Part shown: positions 48,771 to 61,876 of the stretch, one piece after another
Numbering within the stretch: position 1 is the stretch's first letter
Layout of the letters: each line of letters begins with the position of its first letter
DNA from: Squalus acanthias
Taxonomy: Eukaryota
Reading direction: 5' to 3'
NCBI GenBank assembly: GCA_030390025.1
Contig: CM059432.1
Span: 112,780,001 to 112,844,000, forward strand
DNA length: 64,000 nucleotides
Made by a program: the position numbers and the translations under genes
The notes under the pieces: generated by a model
The model's input: the letters and a program-made list of their open reading frames with translations, nothing else
The model's database searches: none
Told to the model about the DNA's origin: nothing

Positions 48771-49744
48771 ATTATTTATTTTATGTCTGGGACTGCTGTG
48801 TATGCAAGAAATTTGCACATTTCAACAAGTTAACATCACAGAGAGATTAGATATTAATCCACATCTATATAAACATATTTTAATATATGCAAAAACTTTA
48901 ATTTTCTTTTTAACTATATTTTCAAACTCTTTTATTTGGAATTATTTGACTTCAATGGAAATAAAAATGGGGAGAGATATAAAGCGGGCTGCCGACTCGC
49001 TATTACCCCTTTTATAGTATCGTACAAAGTTAAGATCTACCAGAAGTATCACAACATTGTTACATCAAAATTGACACCACTCATTTCCTCTCTAAAACTT
49101 TGACAATTTCCCCCTCATACTTAATATTTGATTTTTTTCTCTCCAAATTGGAAAACTAAGTATAATAATCAAGAAATAAGAGATTTTCTTTAAGTGGCAA
49201 AGTTATTTTTGACAATGTGGAATGATGTGTGAACGGTGCTGTAATCATACTGCCATGATAATCCTTCTATTGTGTGCTGAGAATGAGGTGTGAATCTCTG
49301 CTACTTTTGCTCCAGTCTTTACTTTGGCAACATGTAAGCGACTTAACTGCTTACCTTTGCTTCTGTGTACCGTGCAGTATACAGTAACATTGCCAGGCTT
49401 TTATAAAAATAACTAAAATAGGAATAGTCCTATATGTGGAATACACTGGAAGAATGTTCTTTCTTATTATAATCTCTTGTTCATATTACATTCTCCTATG
49501 TCACTATCCTGTACATGATGCGGAGATGCCTGTACAGCAGGATTGCACAAAAAGTGCACCCTGTTTGCTTCTTGGTCACTTCATCTGGTGAGATCCACAT
49601 TGCTATACATTTAGAAATAAGACTGCTTGTACTCAGTGGAACAAAATATCTTTATTACCCAGGGTAAACCTCTGGTCTGTTTTTAATAGACCTCCAGAGA
49701 TTTCACCAAGGTCTGTAATACACACAAGTCTTTGATAGGCTAAA

Positions 49745-50146
49745 TGAAGGAAAGAAACAGAGAAAGACTTGCATTTATATAGAGTCTTTCACGACCTCAG
49801 GACGTCCCAAAGCGCTTTACAACCAATGAAGTCACTGTCGTAATGTGGGATACGCTGCAGCCAATTTGCGCACAGCAAGCTCCCACAAACAGCAATGTGA
49901 TAATGACCAGATAACCTCTTTTAGTGATGTTGAGTGAGGGATAAATATTGGTCAGGACACCAGGGATAACTCCCCTGCTCTTCTTCGAAATAGTGCCATG
50001 GGATCTTTTATGTCCACCTGAGAGAGCAGACAGGGCCTCAGTTTAACATCTCATCCGAAAGACGGCACCTCCGACAGTGCATCACTCCCTCAGCGCTGCA
50101 CTGGAGTGTCAACCTTTTTTTGTGCTCAAGTCCCTGGAGTGGGACA
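49745..50146 (-). mobile_element. Deu-domain SINE
   Basis: Reverse complement of the 23917 family, including the tail. Confidence 0.88.
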
Positions 50147-52739
50147 ATTTTCATTTGCTTGTACACATCTCAGGTACTCTACATAGCCTTAAGTGCTAGT
50201 GGACAAATTGTTTTTAAAAGGTCTATTTAGTTTTGCCAAAGGGAGCGTTATTTTATGTCAAAGAACTTGCTGATTGATGCCGGAATGATAATGCCGAATC
50301 GTCATGAAGCTCAGACTGACTCTTCCCAAATTCTCCCCTGAGCTAATCGATACCACTGAATGTTACAGTACACCGTACACCATTTCTTTAAACTGTAACT
50401 AATAGGCTACTTATTTGATAGCCATTCATATTAAATACAATTTTTTCTCAGTCTTGTCCCAGTGCCTGTAACAGAATTTAACTGTATTTTGTAGCATCTA
50501 ACAGAATTGCAACCAGCTGAATTGAATCTCATAGCTCAGTGGTGATATAGAATAACCAAATGGGAGCACTGGGAGGTGTGAAGGTAATGGCACTGGGCTG
50601 ATATTACAACCTTGTGAGAGGCATAATTTCCACTGTCGCAAGTCAAATTATTTTCATGTGTTCTGTCACTCCCAGGATGGTTATTATTTATACCGTACAA
50701 AAATGTGATCAAAGAATGCAAAAAAAGTATTTTTTTTTTAAATGGTGAATGTACATGACCCAAAGTAAAAAGTTGGCCAAAATATTGCATCCTACCCGTC
50801 ATACTAGCTGTTATAAACTAACTTTGAAATTAAATTTTTGTTTATTTAAATTCCAGTTACTTTACCTTGTGTGAGCTGCAATACATTTAGAAATTAAAGC
50901 TGTTTGTAGATAGTAAAACGGTGCACCCTTATTGCACAGTGAAGATTCCCATCAGCAAATTAGAAGCTTGACTCAGCTATCAATCACTGTCAGTTGCAGT
51001 TTATCATTCAGTAATCATTTTCACAATACAATAAGGACCATCAATTCTTATGTATATACATAAAACAATGCATAAATCATAAACAATATGCATGTTTTTC
51101 CACTCTCGTCTGATTTTTTTTGTTTGTTTTATCCTCTTTTGAACCCGGCAGCACAAATCAATTTTTCAACTGAGAGGCCAGCAGGTAACCTGCTCGTTGC
51201 CTTCTGCCATTGATGCTCATGAGTTAGTTGTTGGGAGATGGTTGAGAGTGCCCCATGTGACCTGTGTTTTGATTTTTCCTTCTCTACTGATCTCTTAAAT
51301 ACCCCACTAATATTGGGAATTCATTGGGTATAAAATCGCGGGTGATGTCATGTCCTATTATTTAACAGCAAACCATATAGGCATTGGCTCTGTCAAGCAT
51401 TTTCTCTAGACATCCTGAAATTTTATCTGTGTAAACAAAGCTTCACTATAGCTGGATACCACTAAATTACATTATAAAATGCCATTCTACATAAAAACAT
51501 TGAGAATTGCAATTACTGTGATATTGTAGTGTATGTATAGATAGATGCAATTTCTCATGTTGCACTCCAGTAGAGGGAAATACAAAAGCAACACAGATCA
51601 GTGCATAGTAAAGGCTACCATAAAACAACACTGAATACACACGGCATCGTCAATCCTAAATTACGTAGGAGACAGACATTCTGTTTGTGTGCCAAATATC
51701 TGGACTTGATTTTTTTTAGTTTTCCCTGACCTTCAACTTAGGAACTCAGAGTGCTTCCCTAATTATAAGGGGTCTTCTAGTCTCTTGGGATGGTATTGAG
51801 CTTGGAATTCTGGCAAGGAAGTGTTTGAGACAAGGAGTAGACTGGACCGTAGAGGGACAGGGAGTTCAGAAGGAGTGATATCATGGGACAGGCATATAGT
51901 GTAGCTGTGGATAAGGAATAGAAGTGAGCAATGCTTCAAATATTTAGGGTTTGATATCAGTTCTCCCACCGTCTTTCAGCACATCTTTGTTCTTCTACCT
52001 CAGTCATACTGTCACACACATCCCGTTGAGAGTAATCCAACAATTAGCTTCTTGATGCTTCAGTCTATATCTCAGAGTGCCTAGCAACCTCCACAAGACG
52101 ATGCTAATCATGTACCTAATAAATATATTCTACTAGCTTAACAAAATATTCAGCTCCAAAGTTTTGTAACACAAAGTTCTGTCCGGGCCATCCTCTTTGA
52201 CCCTATTTGAACCAGCGTAAACTCATCAGCTGGAGGCAGAACCAGGCCAGAAAACAATGTTGTTCTGTCAGGCTCTTAGCTGCTGGTTTGTCGTACGTTT
52301 CTAAGATTCTGTTAAATTTGGACCAGACCTGAGCCTCTAAGGCAAATGCTCAGTTGTGATTAAAATAACATAATTGGGATTGTCTCTGTTCTTAACCTCA
52401 TTTCCTCACATGTCCTTTTAGATAGAGTAACTGACAATGTTGTTGATATATTGTATATAAAATTGGGTGCCAGCATAAAGAGTTTCAAGGTACCTGTTGT
52501 GAATTCTGTTGCTTTTGGAGGGAGGAGCCACACGTTGGATAGATTACCTACCTTGTAGGATCTCCATTCTTCGAATGACATGCATCCTTTACACATCGAG
52601 TGCCAGGAAATGGGTAAAAGTGGATAGGAGTCAAGAGTGAAGCTTTAGAAGGGAAGAGGGGAGAAGTTAAGAATGAAACTGACAGAGGGGAGGGAATATG
52701 GGAGTGGTGCTTTGTAAGGAAAGGGGAAGAAGCTGGAAG

Positions 52740-53150
52740 CAAGGAGCAGATGGAAGTAGTACCTTGGGGTGTGGGAGAAAGGAGAATGCCAGCATCAGGG
52801 AATGGAAAAAGACAGTGCTCGCATTAACTGAGGGGTGGGGGGCAGAAGAGTTCCAGTATTATTAGACAGAGAGTGGGGAAAGACAGTATCAGCTTGAATG
52901 AAATGGGGAGGGGAAGAATGCCTGCTTGAACTAAAACAATTGAGGAGGAATGAGTGCCAGCTGAAAGTGGGGGGAGAGGAAGAGGTCCAGCTTGAACAGA
53001 GGGGCTTCAAGGAGACCCAGCATTTACTGAGAGGTGGAAGAAGAAGGCAGCATGAATAGGGAAAGGGGTGGAAAAAGAGTGCCAGGTTGAATTGAGGGGG
53101 AAGAGAGAGGAGTGTCAGTATGAACTAGGAAGTTATCAGTATGGACTGGG
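52740..53150. repeat. Degenerate purine-rich minisatellite-like array
   Basis: About 10 recurrences of a core resembling GAGTGCCAGCWTGAA separated by G/A runs. Confidence 0.55.
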
Positions 53151-53205
53151 CTCCTACCCTTCAGTGCTGCTCCTATCCCACTCGCGTGTCAGAGGCTTAT
53201 TATCA

Positions 53206-53876
53206 TAGGGTGACCATACGTCTCCGTTTTCCAGGGACAGTCCCCGGATGAGGGACTGTGTCCCCGAGCAAACAATGTCCCCAGAAGAGTCCCCGGTTCA
53301 TTAAACTCATCCCCAAATACGCACAGGTTCAAATCAGGAGCCATGTGACCTTGACCGGCCCTGTGGACGGTCAATAAAGTGGGTGGGGCTGTGCGGTGGG
53401 GCGAGTTCCAATTGGTGGGAGGGATGTCAACCAATAGAAGAGGTGGACTCACTGAAGGACTTTAATTTATGCAGAGATCGCGCTCTGTGGCCGCAGTACG
53501 CGTGCTCCACCCCCCAACCCCCCCACCGAATCCCTGGATAGTCCTGCGACATTTGGTTAAAGAGAAATCGGCCCCAGAGCCAAGATGTCCGAGTAACGGG
53601 GGTGGCTGGTAACCAGACGAATGAATGGTGGCTGGAGCCGGGCCATGTGGATGTCCCGGGAGCCAGATCAGAGCACGCTCCATGGCCTTGAATGGTGTAG
53701 GTGAGTGTCGGGCTTTGAGGAGGGGGAGGAGCCGGTGATTGCAGCCGGCAGATGCTGTGAACAGTGGCCACATTATTCAGGCGGAAAGTTCTGGCGCTGC
53801 TTTTTGCAGATTCAGTTTGCATCAAAATAACAAAAATCTTTGCCTCGCTACACTGTCCAATCTACATTTTCCTACC

Positions 53877-53909
<33 letters not shown>

Positions 53910-56133
53910 AGGAGCTAATAAGCCGCAAGCGCAAGGCATTCCTGATCTGGAAACAGCAACAGAACCTGGGAGCAAGAAAGCAGCTCTACAGACGCCTGAA
54001 GGCCGAGGTCCAACAAAAAACTCGCGACCTAAAGAACAGATGGTGGGTGGAGAAAGCGCAGGAGATCCAGCACCTAGCTGACAACCACGACGTGCGTGGA
54101 TTCTTTAGCGCAGTCAAGACCATCTATGGCCCAAGCACCCAAGGTCCTACCCCACTGCGGGCCAAGAACGGAGAGGTACTCATCAAGGACAGAGAGGCAG
54201 TCAGTGCCCGCTGGAAGGAGCACTTCGAAGATCTCCTTAACCGAGACTCTGTCTTAGACGCGAGTGTCCTCAACTCCATCCCGCAACATGCTACCCGCCA
54301 CCATCTCAGCACAAACCCAGCTCGGCATGAGGTTGAAAAGGCCATCCGACAACTGAAGAACAACAAGGCCTCAGGAGCAGATGGAATCCCTGCCGAGGCA
54401 CTAAAGCATGGTGGAGAAGCACTACTGGCGCGAATTCATGAACTCATTTCTCTTATCTGGAAGGAGGAGAGCATGCCAGGGGATCTCAGAGATGCCGTAA
54501 TTGTGACCATCTTCAAGAAAGGTGACAAGTCCGATTGCGTTAATTACAGAGGATTTTCCCTGCTGTCTACCACAGGGAAAGTCATCGCAAGAATCCTCCT
54601 CAATCGCCTTCTCCCAGTGGCCGAAGAGCTCCTCCCAGAGTCGCAATGCGGATTCCGCCCACTAAGGGGCACAATGGACATGATCTTCACCACGCGTCAA
54701 CTACAAGAGAAATGCAGGGAACAGCACCAACCACTGTACATGGCCTTCTTTGATCTCACAAAGGCCTTCGACACTTGTCAACCGTGAGGGATTATGGAAT
54801 GTGCTTCTCAAATTCGGCTGCCCTCAAAAGTTTGTCACCATCCTCCGCCACCTTCACAACGACATGCAAGCCGTGATCCTGACCAACGGATCCACCACAG
54901 ACCCAATTCACGTACGGAACGGGGTCAAGCAAGGGTCATCGCACCAACGCTCTTCTCGATCTTCCTTGCTGCAATGCTCCATCTCACCCTCAGTAAGCTC
55001 CCCGCTCGAGTGGAGCTAATTTACAGAACAAACGGGAAACTGTTCAACCTCCGTCGCCTCCATTCCAGATCCAAGGTCGTCCCATCCTCTGTCGTCGAAT
55101 TACAGTATGCAGACAACGCTTGCGTCTGCGCTCACTCGGAGGTCGAACTCCAAACCATCATCAACACCTTCACTGAAGCGTACGAGAGCATGGGCCTTAC
55201 ACTAAACATCCGTAAGACAAAGGTCCTCTACCAACCTGCCCCCGCCACACAGTACTGCCCCCCGATTATCAAAATCCACGACAAGGCCTTGGACAACGTT
55301 TACCACTTTCCATACCTCGGGAGCCTACTGTCAACAAGGGCAGATGACGAAGTCCAACACTATCTTCAGCGTGCCACTGCAGCCTTCGGTCGCCTGAGGA
55401 AGAGAGTGTTTGAAGACCAGGACCTCAAACCTGGCACTAAGCTCATGGTCTACAGAGCAGCAGTGATACCCGCCCTGCTGTCTGCCTCAGAGACATGGAC
55501 CATGTACAGCAGGCACCTCAAAGCACTGGAGAGGTACCACCAACGCTGCCTCCGCAAGATCCTGCAAATCCATTGGCAGGATAGGCACACCAACATCAGT
55601 GTTCTCGTTCAGGCCAACATCCCCAGCAGCGAAGCTTTGACCACGCTCGATCAGCTTCGCTGGATGGGTCACATCGTCCGCATGCCCAATACGAGACTCC
55701 CCAAACAAGCGCTCTACTCGGAGCTCCGACACGGCAAGAGAGCCCCAGGTGGGCAGAGGAAACACTTCAAGGACACCCTCAAAGCCTCCTTGAAAAAGTT
55801 CAACATCCCCACTGACACCTGGGAATCCCTGGCCCAAGACCGCACAAACTGGAGGAGAAGCATCCGGGAAGGCGCCAAACACCTCGAGTCTCTTCACCGG
55901 GAGCAAGCGGAAGCCAAGCGCAAGGAGCGCACGTCAACCCAAGCACCCCACCCACCCGCCCCTTCAACCACCGTCTGCCCCACCTGTGACAGAGACTGTA
56001 GGTCCCGCATTGGACTCATCAGTCACCTGAGAACTCATTTTTAATGTGGAAGCAAGTCATCCTCGGTTCCGAGGGACTGCCTCAGGAGAAGAAGTAGTCC
56101 CCGGATTTGGTTTAGAAAATATGGTCCCCCCTA
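53206..56133. mobile_element. Non-autonomous hAT (Blackjack-like) element containing an RTE LINE
   Basis: Ends TAGGGTGACCATA / TATGGTCCCCCCTA; perfect 8-bp TSD TATTATCA (53198-53205 and 56134-56141); subterminal gtccccgg repeats. Confidence 0.88.
53909..56095 (+). mobile_element. Young 5'-truncated RTE-clade LINE
   Basis: RT motifs KASGADGIPAE, NYRGFSLL, QCGFRPLRGT, FFDLTKAFD, GVKQG, LQYADN; C-terminal CPTC..HLRTH zinc finger; very short 3'UTR and AAG tail; two frameshifts near 54775 and 54930. Confidence 0.95.
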
Positions 56134-56254
56134 TATTATCAAGATCATTTGGAGTTGTCATTTTTTTGAAGCTGTTAGTCAACTGTTAGTTTCCTAGGTT
56201 GACATGTGTATAAGAAATCCTTCTAAAAGTAGCTGGGATTTCTCACTGGGTATG

Positions 56255-56515
56255 TTAGCATACTGGTTATGCTACTGGACTAGTAATCCAGAGCCTAGAC
56301 TAATAAATCCACAGAACCTTAGTTCAAATCCCACCATGAGAATTTGAATTCAGTAAATATGACCATGAAGCTGTCGGATTGTCTTACAACCCCAACTGGT
56401 TTGCTAATGTCCTTTAGTGAAGGAAACCTGCCGTCCTTACCTGGTCTGGTTTGTATGTGGCTCCAGTTCCACACAAATGTGGTTGACTCTTCACCGCTCT
56501 CTGAAGTGGCCTAAA
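56255..56515 (+). mobile_element. tRNA-derived SINE, sister of 45508
   Basis: tactggactagtaatccag..gttcaaatcccacc..tgccgtccttacc. Confidence 0.8.
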
Positions 56516-58700
56516 TGATACAATTAAAGCTAGCCTGCACTACTTAAAGGCGTCTGCACCTCTTAAAGGGGAGGTGCCTTCTGCCTGCAACAGGTGATTG
56601 AAGTGGCTGGGAGGACATTGGAGAAGAAAGTTCTAATGATGGCACAACAGGGGAGAGAGCATACACCTAGGTTCTCCGATGCAGCACTGGAGGCCTTGGT
56701 CCAGGAGGTCAGCTCCAGGAGAGAGGTCCTGTTTCCACTGGAGGCCCTCCAGGCAACAAACCAGACTGCAGTGGGAGCAGATAGCCACTGTGGTAAATGG
56801 GAAACAGTGCAGGAAGAAGTTTAATGATCTCACAAGAATGGTCAAGGTCAGTGAATTCATCTTCAAATGACATATCCCACTATCTGCACCACGAGCCTCA
56901 CACAATGCTCAATGCACCACACCTACAAACAATCTCTACCAAACATGGCTCACACCTCACATAGCTTCACCTCATCCGCACACACTTACCACTGCTGCAA
57001 GCCTCAAACCCACCTCTCACAGCTGGTACACACTGTCAACTATTCAACCATGACAGCCACATCACCTAAACACATTACACCACACTCACTGACACTTGCA
57101 AGAAAAGGTGGCGCATAACAGGTGCCAACAGACCTTAACTGGCGGGGGAACAGGCTCGCCTGCATGACCTCACCTCCATGGGGGAAGACGGTGCTGTCCA
57201 TTCTTGGCAGGGGCATGGCTGAGCCCATGGCCTGCGGCAGGGCTGAAAGAATACAAGATGCTGGTATTCTCATACGTTACCCTCCTTCTCACATCCCACT
57301 TCCCCCTCATCCCACAATTTCTAAGCATGCACCTCTTGCTTTCCCCCTCCCCTCACCACAACCCTACCCTTGTGCCTTTCTCATTTCAGACACCTAAGAA
57401 ATCCAGCCTGCCCAGCCAGTGGGTCAACTAGAAGTGGGAGAGGAGAGTGAAGAAGAAGAAACACCATCACTTTATTTCACACTCCCAGCCACCAGTTCAG
57501 ATAGAGACACTCCGCATACTTTAGGGGATAGGTTAGACGCGGAATCTGAACGTGGTGAGACACCGGGCACGAGTGGGCCGCAGCCAGGGCAGGGGGAAAG
57601 GTAGCGCAGGTGTCAGCTCCCCAGAGGGTGAGGTCGCACACAAGTTCTGTTGCACAGGACTCCGATGAAGACCTCGATGGGGCGGCCTACAGAAGAATGT
57701 TGATGTGTATGCACAATGAAATGCTTGGTGCATTGGCAGGCCTGTCAGAAAGCCTGAGTGCAGTGTTAAAGAACATGGAGGAGTCCAGCTCCAGCAGCCT
57801 TCCACAGGGCTTTGGGCAGAGATTGGAGCCCATCCTTTCCAGTGTGGAAGTGCTGGGCTGATCCATTACGTACCTGTGGACACAACCATCATGCCGCGTC
57901 TGATGGCCAAAGTCTCCGCTTCCATTGCAGCACAAGCAGACGCCACCCAACATCTGAGTGCTGCAATGGAAGCTCAGACTGAAGTCTTGCAAGCATAGAC
58001 TGCTGCCATCACGGCTGGGTTTACCAGTGTTGAAAGGGGCGTGCAGGGTATCACAGCAGGCCAGCACTCTGTACTCCATTAGATTACTAGGATTGCTGAG
58101 GCGCCGCCCCAGGGGAGTGACGATGGATCCGTGGAGGCCGACCCTGCTGTCCTCTCGCAGGATGACAGCATTCATCCCTCCACCACAGCTACTCCGCCAG
58201 TGCCCTTGCTGTTGCCTGTCAACCAGCCAGCCCAGACTGCTGCCTCCCATGCCTAGGTGGTGCAGTGCAAAGCCGGGCCATATAGGCCCAGAGCTCCTCG
58301 AGGTCGTCCTGCAATATGACAGCATTTCATGTGCATATTCTGGGCGTGGTTTCCTCAGAATCTATCATGTGGGGGTATGTTCTCTGCAGTGTGTGGAGGA
58401 TGCAGAATGAAGTAGAATGTTTGCAGAGTGACAGTTGCTGCAAATCCTAGCTCCACCCATTCCACATTGCAGCTTTTTCAGAAGAGCACTTGCCATCCAC
58501 GGGGTGACCTGCAGGCATCTCTGATGCCACACAGGTTGAATTTCTATGGACTGCAAATGCTCATAAATGTAAGCCCCTCTGAAGTCAACCAGCATGTGAC
58601 AGCCACCCCTAGAGATCATATTGAAAACATGTAAGATATAGGAAGCCATAAGAAGCAGGTGTGATGGAGGGATCTCAGCCATGTCATCACGCTTGAAGAA
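56516..58700 (+). pseudogene. Harbinger Myb/SANT gene remnant with three exons (exon 1 56636-56846, exon 2 about 57102-57262, exon 3 from 57390), possibly followed by nuclease debris
   Basis: MMAQQGREHTPRFSDAALEALVQEVSSRREVLFP..WEQIATVVN..QCRKKFNDLTRMVK|GTCAGT; EKVAHN; acceptor tctcatttcAG; closely related to 7888. Confidence 0.75.
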
Positions 58701-59612
58701 TTTCTGTTTGGTTTAATGAAATGCAAAATTCAATAGGGAAAAGTTTAATTGAGTTTTACAGAATCCAGTTGGGAGTAGTGTTGTAAGGTAGGTGATGTCT
58801 AGGTTGTTAATCTGCTGCTCCAGAGAGGCTTGTTGATGAAGTGGTTCCTTTTTTCTAAGAGGAGGCATAAGAAATGATACATCCATGGATAAAACCAATT
58901 GGCATCCCCCCAAAGGGACAAGAGTGATAAGGCAAATCCAGCACTGTAAGAAATAAAAGAATCCAACTGTTCATTTAAATGAGAAACAAAACGAGATTCA
59001 TGAAGCAGGAGCTGTTTAGTGTAGGAGTTGGTTAGTGTGGAGAGAGAAACAGAAAACACAGAGACTGATATGAGAGAGGACATTTCCAATAGAACAATCA
59101 AGGATTTGTGAAAGGATGGATAAGGAGATAAGGACAAATGTAGTTTCTCAAGTGAAATGGAAAAAAAATGGTTATCAGTGGGGTGGAGAAGGTGACATGT
59201 ATCAACAGGGCTGTAATTACACACGTGGTTAAAGAAAGTCTGGTCATTGTTAGACTGAAGGGCAGGGTTGAAGCAACATGAATCTGATTTGGAACATTCT
59301 CAAATGACGGTTATTAAAGCAAACACACTCCAAGCAGGGACACTAAAAGATAGAAAGAAATGAGAACTGAGTTACTGATTAACAGGAGAGTTTTCTTCTG
59401 AAGCAGCCACGCTGTAAATTTTCACCAAATATCCCCAAATAATTCACTTTCATGCAGAGTTGCCATGAAGAAGTACCCAGGCTAAACTCTTTTGCCTTCG
59501 AACTGGATTGGTAGCAACACGAAGCCTGCAGAGGGAAGAAAAAGGGGTGGGAGGAATTTATTTTTTAATTGACTAAGTGTCATATAGAGATAGCCAAGCA
59601 AGCAGAGCTAGT

Positions 59613-61755
59613 ACAAAAGCAAAATACTGCGGATGCTGGAAATCTGAAATAAAAACAGAGAATGCTGGAAATGCTCAGCAGGTCAGGCAGCATCTGCGGA
59701 GAGAGAAACAGAGTTAACGTTTCAGGTCGATGGCCTTTCGTCAGAACTGGAAAAAGTTTAGAGATGTAACAGATTTTAAGCAAGTGCAGGGGCAGGGAAA
59801 GGGGGGACGGGAGGAAAGAACAAAAGGGAAGGTCTGTGATATGGTGGAAGGCAGGAGTGGTTAAATGACAAAAGGGATGATGGTGTAAGGCAAAAGGAGA
59901 TGGTAATGGGACAAGTAAATAAACAAAAGATGAGTCTAGAAGAGGTGTAAGTGGGAATGGCAGAATCATCAACAGCTGCCATGTGAAAAAATAGGGGCAG
60001 AGGTTATGGTCTGAAATTGTTGAACTCTATATTGAGTCCAGAAGGCTATAAAGTGCAAAATCGAAAGATGAGGTGCTGATGCTCGAGCTTACGTTGAGCT
60101 TCATTGGAACAGTATAAGAGGCCGAGGACAGAGAGGTCGGAGTGGGAGTGGAGCGGAGAATTAAAGTGACAGGAACCGGAAGCTCGGGGTCATGCTTACG
60201 GACTGAACGGAGGTGTTCCGCAAACCGGTCACCCAATCTGCATTTGGTCTCCCCATTGTAGAGGAGATCGCATCGTGAGCAGCGAATACAGTATACCAAA
60301 TTGCAAGAAGTACAAGTAAATCACTGTTTCACCTGGAAGGAGTATTTGGGGCCCTGGACGGTTGGAAGGGATGAGGTAAAAGGGCAGGTGTTGCTGCATC
60401 TGCGCTTGCACAAGAAGATGCTGTGGGAAGGGGGTGGGGGGGGAGGTGTTGGGGTGATTGAGGAGTGGACCCTTTGGAATGCTGAAAGGGGAAGGGAAGA
60501 TGTGTTTGGTGGCGGAAATGGCAGAGGATGATCCGTTGAATGTGGAGGCTGGTGGGATGAAAGTTGAGGACAAGGGGAGCCCTATCATGGTTCTGGGAGT
60601 GAGGGGAATGGGTGAGAGAAGAAGTGCAGGAAATAGAACGGTCACGGACGAGGGCCGTGTCAACCACGGTAGAGGGGAGTCCTCGGTTGAGGAAAAAGGA
60701 AGACATATCTATCGGAAGCACCAGTATGGAAGGTGGCATCGTCAGAGCAGATGCGACGGAGAAACTGGGTGAATAGAATAGAGTCCTTACAGGAAGCGGG
60801 GTGGGAGGAAGTGTAATCCAGGTAGCTGTGGAAGTCAAGAAATGGAGATAGAGAAGTCGAGGAAGGGAAGGGAAGAGTTGGAGATGGACCATGTGAAGGT
60901 GAGGGAAGGGTGAAAATTGGAAGCAAAGTGAATGAAATTTTCTAGTTCAGGGCGAGAGCAGGAAACGGCACTGATACAGTCATCAATGTACCGGAAAAAG
61001 AGGTGAGGGAGGGGACCTGAGTAGGACTGGAACAAAGAATGTTCCACATAGCCCACGAAAAGGCAGGCATAGCTAGGACCCATGCAGGTTCCCATAGCAA
61101 CATCTTTAGTTTGGAGGAAGTGAGTGGAGTCAAAGAAAAAGTTGTTCAATGTGAGAACAAGTTCAGCCAGGCGGAGGAGGGTGGTGGTGGATGGGGACTG
61201 GTTGGGCCGCTGTTGAAGGAAGAAGCGGAGCGCCCTCAGGCCGTCCTGGTGGGGGATTGAGGTGTAGAGGGATTGGACGTCCATAGTGAAAAGGAGACAG
61301 TTGGGGCCAGGAAACTGGAAACTTAAAGTGGCGGAGGCTGTCAGAAGAGTAGCGGATGCAGGTGGGAAGAGACTGGACAAGGGGAGAAAAAATAGAGTTG
61401 AGATAGGAAGAAATCAGTTCCGTGGGGCAAGAACAAGCTGAAATGATGGGTCTACCAGGGCAGTCCTGTTGGTGGATCTTGGGAAGGAGGTAGAAGCGGG
61501 CTGTGCAGGGTTGGGGAACTATGAGGTTGATGGCCGTGGAGGGAAGATCTCCAGAGGAGATGAGGTCAGTGACAGTCTTGGAAACGATGGCTCGATGTTC
61601 AGTAGTGGGGTCATGCTCCAGGGGGAGGTAGGAGGAGATGTCAGAGAGTTGGCGTTCAGCCTCCGCATGGTAAAGGTTGGTTTGCCAAACAACAACAGCG
61701 CCACCCTTGTCAGCAGGTGTAATGACAATGTTAGGGTTGGAGCAGAGCTGGTGTT
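59613..61755 (-). mobile_element. Penelope-like retroelement (RT plus GIY-YIG endonuclease, 3' pLTR), 5'-truncated and frameshifted
   Basis: PADKGGAVVV, FYLLPKIH..PGRPIIS, TMDVQSLYTSIP, AMGTCMGPSYA, FRYIDD; GIY-YIG-type VYCIRCSRC..YNGET..RFAEH. Confidence 0.93.
59712..59748 (-). ncRNA. Minimal hammerhead ribozyme motif in the Penelope pLTR
   Basis: AGUU-CUGACGA-AAGG(ccaucga)CCU-GAAA-CGUU-AACU; stem II has one mismatch or bulge relative to the 20938 copy. Confidence 0.62.
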
Positions 61756-61876
61756 GCTCAATCAATAATATAGAGAACAAAACTAGGCAGAACTAGACTG
61801 CCAAACTCTATTCAAACAGTACTTGTGAGGAGAAAGTGAGTCACTGCAACAAAAGTGTGCAGGATCTGAACTCAAA

